DNA of 64,000 nucleotides from Giardia intestinalis (Eukaryota): NCBI GenBank assembly GCA_000002435.2, contig CM018793.1; one strand, 5' to 3'. Shown piece by piece: positions 38,578 to 46,329 of this stretch (position 1 is its first letter; each line of letters starts with the position of its first letter). The notes under the pieces were generated by a model. It saw only the letters and a program-made list of their open reading frames with translations, ran no database searches and was not told where the DNA came from. The position numbers and the translations under genes were made by a program.

Positions 38578-38730
38578 ACGCCTTCCCCGAATAATTTCGG
38601 GCAGTCCTTGCCCGCGGAGGGCACTTAAGGCTCCGGGGCCCGGGGCAGAGTCGGCCCTCCCAGAGCCCGCCGACGCCCCCGAGCGCCAGCCCGGCGCAGG
38701 GGCCCGGCCACACTCATTTATTAAACAGCG

Positions 38731-39171
38731 ATGGCCAGCGCCGAGCAGGCGTACCTGGAGCTCGCCGACGCCCTCGCCCGGTGCGCGGCCGGCCCGGGGG
38801 GCCTCGGGGAGGTGCGCGGGCTGCTGCACCTGCTCCGCCGCTGCACGGACGCCGGCTACCCGAACGTCCCGCCCCCGGAGCGCCTCGGGCACGAGTTCGC
38901 GCGCGACGCCCTGTCCGTGCTCGCCGGGCTCCGGGAGGCGCCGGCCCCGCCCCCGTCCCCGGACGCCCCGCAGCAGCGCCCGATGCCGCCCTCCCCCGGG
39001 GCCCGCTGGCAGGCGCTCTTCCCGGCCGGGACCGCCCTGGGCCTCTCGCCCTTCGAGGCCGACGCGCTCATCCGCCGCCGCCGGGCCCAGGTCTGCGAGC
39101 TCGACGCCGAGGTCGCCCTGCTCTCGCGCCGCGTCGCCCGCCTCCGGGGCCTCCCCGTCCGCATGCACTGA
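38731..39171 (+). CDS. orphan Pro/Ala/Arg-rich protein with a C-terminal coiled-coil (146 aa), GC3 ~100%
   Basis: ATG preceded by CATTTATTAAACAG. Same extreme codon bias as its neighbour. No family recognised. Confidence 0.4.
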   Translation: MASAEQAYLELADALARCAAGPGGLGEVRGLLHLLRRCTDAGYPNVPPPERLGHEFARDALSVLAGLREAPAPPPSPDAPQQRPMPPSPGARWQALFPAGTALGLSPFEADALIRRRRAQVCELDAEVALLSRRVARLRGLPVRMH

Positions 39172-39736
39172 GGCATGCGTGCAGGGCGGCGGTGGACCCG
39201 CGTAAGCATTTGTTGAAGCACACCGGATGACTCAGTGGAAGGGGATCTCGCTGGGATAATCCGTTTTAGCAGGCCGACAAAGCAACTATTAGCTTGATTT
39301 ACTCCTCTAAGACAGATAGGCCCTTGCATTGCCTGTCCCCATCAGCGATATTAGCCTTGTTCTGTGCACTGCGTAGGATGCATACAGCTCTGTGCCGTAT
39401 ACTAGTAAAGTAGGGTGCGTCTCTCTATTGGCATAGTATGTCAATCTCTTGCATTATTAGATGGTCCATATAGCTCTATCCACTACTTACAACTAGCAGA
39501 ATAGACAGCTTGCTACTCTGCGCAAGCATCTGGGGACGTATGCAGGCACGCCATGTGGCACCACGTCCTTTGTGGAGCGCTGGAGGACTACACAGGTGAG
39601 GGTCTACCATCAAGGTGCGGACACGTTGCTTCCTGACATGGAAGGTCAATGAGGCTATCCAGATGGTCCAGCAATGGTAGAAGGCTAGCAGATGTGATCG
39701 TATTGGCCATCAGCACTGTCACTAACACCAACACGC

Positions 39737-41362
39737 ATGACTAATAGATCTAGCAGGGCCGCAATGTTGCTACTAGTTCTCTGCTTTTTGATGAGCGCCT
39801 TCACCGCGCAACGCACTAAACAACCCACATCCGACTGCGGAGTCGCAAACTGCGCCCAGTGCGTCTCTGGCGACAACACAAAGTGCGAGACGTGTAGCCC
39901 TGGCTTCGACCTCAGCAACGACAAGACGCAGTGCAACCAGAGGCCCGCGTCCAACTGCGGAGTCGCAAACTGCGCCCAGTGCGTCTCTGGCGACAACACA
40001 AAGTGCGAGACGTGTAGCCCTGGCTTCGACCTCAGCAACGACAAGACGCAGTGCAACCAGAGGCCCGCGTCCAACTGCGGAGTCGCAAACTGCGCCCAGT
40101 GCGTCTCTGGCGACAACACAAAGTGCGAGACGTGTAGCCCTGGCTTCGACCTCAGCAACGACAAGACGCAGTGCAACCAGAGGCCCGCGTCCAACTGCGG
40201 AGTCGCAAACTGCGCCCAGTGCGTCTCTGGCGACAACACAAAGTGCGAGACGTGTAGCCCTGGCTTCGACCTCGACGAAAACACAAAGCAGTGCAACCAG
40301 AGCCCTGCGTCCAACTGCGGAGTCGCAAACTGCGCCCAGTGCGTCTCTGGCGACAACACAAAGTGCGAGACGTGTAGCCCTGGCTTCGACCTCGACGAAA
40401 ACACAAAGCAGTGCAACCAGAGCCCTGCGTCCAACTGCGGAGTCGCAAACTGCGCCCAGTGCGTCTCTGGCGACAACACAAAGTGCACAAAGTGCCAAAG
40501 TAACTACTTCCTCACTCCAGAGAAGAACGCTTGCTTGACGTCTTGTCCGGCCGGGTCGTACGCGGTTGGGCAAACGTGCGCGCCCTGCGACTCCTCCTGT
40601 GCGGAGTGCAGCGGGGCCGGCGCTTCCAAGTGCACGGCCTGTCCCGCCGGGAAGATGCTGAGGTACGCCGACGAGAGCAAGCTTAATGAGGGCGGCCAGT
40701 GCGTGGAGCAATGCGTGGAAGGCCCGGAGTGCGAGACGTGCGGCCTAACAATTGGAGGTACCAAGTACTGCTCGAAGTGCAAGGGGAGCAACGTGCCGCT
40801 CAATGGCGTCTGCACAAGCAATGCGGCCAGGACTCTGTTCTGCACCACTGCCGCTAACGGTGCCTGCACGGCCTGCGCCGCCGGATACTTCATCCAGGAG
40901 GGCGGATGCTACAAGACTGACAGGCTCCCCGGGAAAAGCATCTGCACAACTGACAATGGAGGGAAATGCCAAACGTGTGCTAACGGACAAACCCCAGACG
41001 GAGGGACTGGAGTGTGCCCGCTGTGCGACTCCACCTGCAAGACGTGCGCAGCAGGACAGACACAGCAGTGTCAAACTTGCTTCTCTGGGTACTATAAGTC
41101 TGGAACAAAGTGTGTGAAGTGTGATGCTAGTGACGGCCAAATTACTGGCGTAACCGATTGCGTGAGTTGTGCTCCCCCGTCTACTAATCAGGGACCTGTC
41201 ACCTGCTATGTGAAGATGGATGGCAGCAGTGGAGGGAGTAGCACGAACAAGAGCGGCCTCAGCACAGGGGCCATAGCGGGCATCTCCGTTGCTGTGATTG
41301 TCGTAGTCGGGGGCCTCGTTGGCTTCCTTTGTTGGTGGTTCATCTGCCGGGGCAAAGCGTAG
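39737..41362 (+). CDS. variant-specific surface protein (VSP) containing 5.5 copies of a 40-aa repeat (CRP136-like)
   Basis: Signal peptide MTNRSSRAAMLLLVLCFLMSAFTA, CXXC motifs, GGCY-type motifs and the canonical tail GGLVGFLCWWFICRGKA-stop. Confidence 0.9.
   Translation: MTNRSSRAAMLLLVLCFLMSAFTAQRTKQPTSDCGVANCAQCVSGDNTKCETCSPGFDLSNDKTQCNQRPASNCGVANCAQCVSGDNTKCETCSPGFDLSNDKTQCNQRPASNCGVANCAQCVSGDNTKCETCSPGFDLSNDKTQCNQRPASNCGVANCAQCVSGDNTKCETCSPGFDLDENTKQCNQSPASNCGVANCAQCVSGDNTKCETCSPGFDLDENTKQCNQSPASNCGVANCAQCVSGDNTKCTKCQSNYFLTPEKNACLTSCPAGSYAVGQTCAPCDSSCAECSGAGASKCTACPAGKMLRYADESKLNEGGQCVEQCVEGPECETCGLTIGGTKYCSKCKGSNVPLNGVCTSNAARTLFCTTAANGACTACAAGYFIQEGGCYKTDRLPGKSICTTDNGGKCQTCANGQTPDGGTGVCPLCDSTCKTCAAGQTQQCQTCFSGYYKSGTKCVKCDASDGQITGVTDCVSCAPPSTNQGPVTCYVKMDGSSGGSSTNKSGLSTGAIAGISVAVIVVVGGLVGFLCWWFICRGKA
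39831..40486 (+). repeat. in-frame tandem array of a 120-bp unit (5.5 copies). Copies 1-3 are identical to each other; copies 4-5 are identical to each other and differ from 1-3 in a short block (LSNDKTQCNQRPAS -> LDENTKQCNQSPAS).
   Basis: Sequence lines 39841-39960, 39961-40080 and 40081-40200 are literally identical. Lines 40201-40320 and 40321-40440 are identical to each other. Confidence 0.9.
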
Positions 41363-41376
41363 ATGTAGACTTAGGT

Positions 41377-41383
41377 AGTGAAT
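41377..41383 (+). promoter_or_regulatory. polyadenylation signal AGTGAAT 14 nt after the VSP stop
   Basis: AGTRAAY consensus. Confidence 0.45.
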
Positions 41384-41737
41384 GGCTATGCTGATGGATT
41401 CTGCACTTGGTGGCCGTACTGGCTCTGAGTAGGCCCCTTGGCGCGTAACCATAGAAGTGTTTGTGGCCAGTGGTAGAGCTTGCACTATGTGGGCCATCCA
41501 CGCATGGATCTCGCTACCAGAATCTCAGAAAGTTCCCTGTAAATGAATCGTACATCTGTGGAGCAGTCCATCAACCGTTCTCGTGCAGAGAATTGGTAAG
41601 GGCTGACAAAGGCGTAACTCTGCTTACACAGCTGCATAGTAGCAGATAGTATAGAGTACTGGCACAAATATTACGGCGTTAGTAAGCGATGTAAGCGACC
41701 CGATAGTGAAATAATCATTATTATAAATAATTCCTCG

Positions 41738-43543
41738 ATGGGCAAGCACCGCACAGCACGAAAATTCACCGGTGCCCAAAAGCTGGACAAAAATAGCGGA
41801 CTCGGGCATGCACTAGAGAATGCAAGACAACGAGATAAGCGGGAACAGCAGGCACACATGCAATCTGCAAATCCCGCTGCTGAAACGTTCAAGCAAATTC
41901 ATGGGCCCACTATTCGCAGTGTTGTCGAAGAATGCGATCTGGAAGCTATCATAGCCCGAGCTGTTGCCGAAGGCCGAGAGTTCACTATGAAGCAGGAAGC
42001 TACACTCTTGCACGAACAGAACTTCCAGGCTGAACTGCAAGTTTCCCCCACAACCTCTCAGCTTTCGTATATCGCCACACGAAAAAATCTGTTGCGCATA
42101 CCACGTCGCCCGGCCTGGTGCGTCGGTATGTCTAAAGAGGAGCTGCAGTCTCGCGAGCAAGAAGCCTTTTACATTTGGCGTTCAGAGCTTGCGAAACTTG
42201 AGCAGGAGCGAGTTGTTACGGTCACCCCTTTTGAGAAAAATCTTGATATTTGGCGACAGCTTTGGCGTGTTGTGGAGCGGTCCGATATTCTATTTCAGGT
42301 TGTTGATTGTAGGAACCCTTTGTTGTTCCGCTCGTCAGACCTTGTGCAGTACATGAAGGAGATTGGGTTGCGGCAGAAAACATATAAGAGGAGTGTTTTG
42401 CTTTTAAATAAGGCAGACCTTGTTCCTCTAGAAGCAAGAAAGATATGGACGCAGTATTTTGCAGCAAATCGTATTGAGCACGTATACTTTTCCGCTCTTC
42501 GTGAGGAAGCCCTCATCAAGCTTATAGCATACCAGATAAATAAGCATGAACGAGACCTCAAAGAGCAGGAGGCTCTTATTAGAGCGGGAGTTTGTAGCTA
42601 TAAGGACGCAGTGCAGCGGCTTGAAAACGACCTCGAAGAAGACGTGCCATCCGAGAATTCTGTAGCAGATATCTCTGAGAAAGAAGAGGCTGATCTTCCC
42701 GACCACGACGCAGATCAGCCACGAAAGAAAAAAGGGAAGCGAGTAAAGCCCGTCTCTGAGGACGTATTAGAGAGGATCAAACTGGAGTATGACCTCATCA
42801 TTAGTCGCGACGATACCGATGAGCCTCTTCCCTTTAAATATCTTGATACTGGTGCCGGGATATCATCTCCCGCTGATCTCAACTTACTAAAGTCCTCTAG
42901 AATACTCACGCGTGACGAGCTTATTGTGGTAATAAATTTACTCTCAGAGGAGGTTCGAAGGGAGGGGGTTAGGCTAAACTGTGCAAAAAGAGACTCTGAT
43001 ACCATCACAATCGGAATGGCTGGATACCCCAACGTGGGAAAGTCCAGCCTGATTAATGTCATTGCAATTGAGACAGGCGTAAGGACCGCTGTAGCGGCAA
43101 CGCCCGGGAAAACTAAGCATTTCCAAACTATCGTCTTGAGCCCGACCATCACGCTTTGCGATTGCCCTGGATTGATTTTCCCATCATTCACGCACTGTCG
43201 TAGCGATCTGCTCTGCAATGGCATCCTATCAATAGACAACGAAAGGGATTACATGGCACCGATCAGATTGGTCGCAGCGAGAATACCCAAGCGCGTCTTT
43301 GAAAAGGTGTATAATGTACAAATCAAAGATGTGGATAAGTTTAGCGTCGCCCAGCTACCGGTCGGCGTCAATCCTGCAGAGGTGTACGCCACAGCCGAGC
43401 AGATATGTGATGCCCTGGCCTTGCGCCATGGGTACATGCAGTCTTACGGCGGGACTGACCGTGCCCGTATAGCAAGAATCATACTAAAAGACATGCTAAA
43501 AGGGAAGTTAGTCTGGATTTCTCTTCCCAGTGCAGCTCCGTGA
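41738..43543 (+). CDS. LSG1: circularly permuted GTPase, LSG1/Nog2 (YlqF/YawG) family; ribosome biogenesis
   Basis: G4 (LLLNKADL) precedes G1 (GMAGYPNVGKSSLINVI), followed by TPGKTKHFQTI and G3 DCPGLIFPS. Confidence 0.7.
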   Translation: MGKHRTARKFTGAQKLDKNSGLGHALENARQRDKREQQAHMQSANPAAETFKQIHGPTIRSVVEECDLEAIIARAVAEGREFTMKQEATLLHEQNFQAELQVSPTTSQLSYIATRKNLLRIPRRPAWCVGMSKEELQSREQEAFYIWRSELAKLEQERVVTVTPFEKNLDIWRQLWRVVERSDILFQVVDCRNPLLFRSSDLVQYMKEIGLRQKTYKRSVLLLNKADLVPLEARKIWTQYFAANRIEHVYFSALREEALIKLIAYQINKHERDLKEQEALIRAGVCSYKDAVQRLENDLEEDVPSENSVADISEKEEADLPDHDADQPRKKKGKRVKPVSEDVLERIKLEYDLIISRDDTDEPLPFKYLDTGAGISSPADLNLLKSSRILTRDELIVVINLLSEEVRREGVRLNCAKRDSDTITIGMAGYPNVGKSSLINVIAIETGVRTAVAATPGKTKHFQTIVLSPTITLCDCPGLIFPSFTHCRSDLLCNGILSIDNERDYMAPIRLVAARIPKRVFEKVYNVQIKDVDKFSVAQLPVGVNPAEVYATAEQICDALALRHGYMQSYGGTDRARIARIILKDMLKGKLVWISLPSAAP

Positions 43544-43566
43544 TAGAGACCATCCACGCTGCTAGG

Positions 43567-45387
43567 TTATGTGGCTGGTTTAATAACCATGCCTGTAGCC
43601 AATGGATCACAAAGAGAACTCTTGTACATCGATAAAGATGATTGCTCGCCAAGCACATTTGTTGATAGAGAATTGCGGGAACTTTTCCTTAGCGGCTTGA
43701 CTGCAAGTGACCTAGACCTTGCCGGCTCGGAGGGTTTCTTCTGGGATGTGGTTCGTGAAATTTCAGTACTTGGGCGACTGGAGAGGGGAAGGCCTGTGAC
43801 GCTGAGAGTATCCTTGTCAATAGTGATTCCGGGCAGCTGATCCTCGAAATGGAGTTTGCGGGCAGCCTGTTTTTCAGAAGAGTTTTTCGGTAGGTGGGCC
43901 GCTTGCAGCTGTTTAGGGGCCAGTTTGGATCCCCTGACCCACTCACTGAGATACGGGGTTTTGCATGCGATACAATAATCTGGAAACATTTTAAGTTTAT
44001 AATCAGATAACTCACAAGATTCCTGTCTATCTAAAGTGGTAAACACAGCTTCTGGTTTGCATAAGAGGGACCCTAGTATCGCGCATAGTTTGTGGACTGC
44101 ATGCGTGCATGGAGTGTCCAGGTACACATTTCTTCCTTCTAGCTCCTGCAAGGAAGCATTGGAAACGAGCTGCTCCCCTTGCTCAAGTAGCAGGGTAGCC
44201 ATAGAGTCGAAGTTGAGACGCACAGCAGGCTTATCGTTAGCATTGTTCTCTACTGTTACACTTGGTAGGTGACAATCTCTTTTTGTCAGAAGATTAGAGA
44301 GTGTAGGATAATAATGCCCACAAAGGAAACAGGCACAGCCTTCTGTGTCATGCGCAATATCCTTGCATGCTTTCTGCTTAAAACAATCCCATACAAGGTA
44401 GGAAGGAAATCGTTGGGGCTTCTTGCTTACATCCATCGTGTATGGATTTTCAAGTTCGAGCAGGAGATGATAATCCTCGGAGGTGATCTCACGGTATTGC
44501 ATGGACGCAAAGCGCCTGTATAGTGCAAGGGAGCGCTCCCTGGCGGCATTAGGGTCTTCATGCTTAGTTCGAATCAGTATTCGCCTATTCTTCTTTTTGT
44601 ACATCCCGGAGGTCAATGTGATAAAGCAAGCGGAGCAGTATTGCTCGGGTCCGAACACACGCTTTATCCCTGCTGACTCTAATTTGATTTCGCACCGTGA
44701 GCACACTTTTGAAGATTTCTCAGTCTTCACAGCCTTTTCAGCGCTAGACCCTGTTGATGGATAGTACTTTCGCCCATCCTCGTATGGAGATCTGCAGTAT
44801 GGACATACTTCCTTTGCTTTTGTTTGCCGAGCGTGTTGATGAAAGAGCTGAATACATCGTGAATGAAGCGAGTTGCCGCAGTTAGAGCAAAATGGCAATA
44901 CTGCATAGTTAATTTCCTCTTCATCACTTTCCATAAACCCGTCTAGACAAATGGGACAGGAGTCTAACTCTGTTATAGGGTTCCGTGACCGTGTGAGCCG
45001 CGGAACAGCCGCGGTTTGCTGTGCCTGCTGGTCTTCTGCTGGTGTTTGGTGCGTTGGACGATGGACCTTCTTAGCAGCAAGATGCCGCAGTTGCAGCAGA
45101 GACTCGATATCTGCATTTGTAAGGGATGTTTGTGCAGTCCACAGGTGATCGGGGGGCAGGTGGTACTTCCGTTGCAACAGGAACGAAATATGTATACAAT
45201 AATTAGCGTGGGAGCCGCTTTCGCATGAACAGACATGGGGAGATCCCAGCGAGACCTTCACTGTGCTATCATCGTCGCGCCCCCTCAACACAAACACAAG
45301 AGGGCCCGGCTGGGCAATGATATAGAAGTGCGCCGTCTGAGCCGCTTCAATGACAGATGCTATCCACGCGGGGGTCTTTACCTTCAT
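43567..45387 (-). CDS. ZSWIM2/MEX-like E3 ubiquitin ligase (SWIM zinc finger + RING + ZZ-like + second RING)
   Basis: SWIM HVCSCESGSHANYCIHISF (CxCxnCxH). RING CPICLDGF...CSNCGNSLHSRC...CPYC. Further C/H clusters CSRCEI...CSAC and CACFLCGHYY...CTHAVHKLC...CIACK. Confidence 0.5.
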   Translation of the reverse strand: MKVKTPAWIASVIEAAQTAHFYIIAQPGPLVFVLRGRDDDSTVKVSLGSPHVCSCESGSHANYCIHISFLLQRKYHLPPDHLWTAQTSLTNADIESLLQLRHLAAKKVHRPTHQTPAEDQQAQQTAAVPRLTRSRNPITELDSCPICLDGFMESDEEEINYAVLPFCSNCGNSLHSRCIQLFHQHARQTKAKEVCPYCRSPYEDGRKYYPSTGSSAEKAVKTEKSSKVCSRCEIKLESAGIKRVFGPEQYCSACFITLTSGMYKKKNRRILIRTKHEDPNAARERSLALYRRFASMQYREITSEDYHLLLELENPYTMDVSKKPQRFPSYLVWDCFKQKACKDIAHDTEGCACFLCGHYYPTLSNLLTKRDCHLPSVTVENNANDKPAVRLNFDSMATLLLEQGEQLVSNASLQELEGRNVYLDTPCTHAVHKLCAILGSLLCKPEAVFTTLDRQESCELSDYKLKMFPDYCIACKTPYLSEWVRGSKLAPKQLQAAHLPKNSSEKQAARKLHFEDQLPGITIDKDTLSVTGLPLSSRPSTEISRTTSQKKPSEPARSRSLAVKPLRKSSRNSLSTNVLGEQSSLSMYKSSLCDPLATGMVIKPAT

Positions 45388-45540
45388 CTGATGTTCTGTC
45401 CCAGCTGGGTTTGGCGAGATGCCTTGGATTCAAGATTATAGTTTATATTGCCACGTTTACAGAAAAAGTTGTCAAGGAGGTGATAGCCGTAAAATAAATT
45501 AAATCGAAATTAAAACTTTAACCCAGGAACCGAGAGTAGC

Positions 45541-46221
45541 ATGTCTGACCCAATCAGCTTCAAGGTAATTTTGGTGGGCGACGGGGCCACTGGGAAGACA
45601 ACGTTTGTAACGAGGCACATAACGGGCGAATTTCGAAAGCAGTACATTTCAACGATTGGGGTTGAGATTCGACAGCTTCCCTTCTACGTGGCCGGTCAGT
45701 CCTGTCCCAACGGGCGCGAGGTCCTGCTGAATGTGCACGACACTGCAGGGCAGGAGAAATTCGGCGGCCTCCGCGACGGCTACTATGTCGACTCTGATGC
45801 ATGCCTTCTCTTCTTCGATGTCACCAACAGAGTTACCTACAAGAACGTGGAGAGCTGGTACAGGGATGTCTTCCGCATCTGCCCCACCCGTCGCGACGCG
45901 AGCACGGGAGAGGAGAAGCCTCTGGCAATCGTCCTCGTCGGAAACAAGTGCGATGTCAAGGACAGAGAGATCCGCACCCAGACAGTTAAGTTCCACCGCT
46001 CAAAGAACATCCCCTATGTGGAAATTTCAGCAAAGGATAACTTTAACTATGAGCTTCCGATTCTGAGCATCCTTCGCACCCTCCTGAATGACCCAACGAT
46101 CCAGTTCTCCCAGGCACCTGCTCTCCTGCCAGCCGACATTGGTATGGACGCCGCCACCCGAGAGCAGATTAACAAGGATCTCGAGGCCGTCAATAATGTG
46201 CCTCTTCCCGACGATGATTGA
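45541..46221 (+). CDS. RAN: GTP-binding nuclear protein Ran
   Basis: FKVILVGDGATGKTTFVTRHITGEF, DTAGQEKFGGLRDGYY, GNKCDVKDR and C-terminal ...PDDD. Confidence 0.92.
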   Translation: MSDPISFKVILVGDGATGKTTFVTRHITGEFRKQYISTIGVEIRQLPFYVAGQSCPNGREVLLNVHDTAGQEKFGGLRDGYYVDSDACLLFFDVTNRVTYKNVESWYRDVFRICPTRRDASTGEEKPLAIVLVGNKCDVKDREIRTQTVKFHRSKNIPYVEISAKDNFNYELPILSILRTLLNDPTIQFSQAPALLPADIGMDAATREQINKDLEAVNNVPLPDDD

Positions 46222-46287
46222 GCAGGCCTTTGATGACTGCTTTTTCTGCCGCGTTGTTTCGACCGTCCTGGACTTCCACCTGCAGGT

Positions 46288-46294
46288 AGTAAAT
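46288..46294 (+). promoter_or_regulatory. candidate polyadenylation signal AGTAAAT 66 nt after the Ran stop
   Basis: AGTRAAY consensus; the distance is longer than typical. Confidence 0.35.
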
Positions 46295-46329
46295 GCGCTA
46301 TCTTTCGGGCTAAGAAAATAAATCGGTGG

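Noticed and set aside
38119-39168. 349-aa minus-strand ORF spanning the whole GC island
   Set aside because: Stop codons are AT-rich, so >70% GC DNA stays open in several frames. The product is an Arg/Gly/Ala/Pro low-complexity string. The two plus-strand ORFs have promoter-like elements and one has clear FOR20 homology.
39831-40486. Possible CRISPR-like array (regular direct repeats)
   Set aside because: The repeats are 120 bp, contiguous with no spacers, in-frame and coding for 40-aa Cys-rich units inside a eukaryotic VSP gene.
39685-40711. 267-aa and 312-aa minus-strand ORFs with internal repeats, antisense to the VSP
   Set aside because: They are propagated by the perfect 120-bp tandem repeats; the sense strand is a canonical VSP with signal peptide and CRGKA tail.
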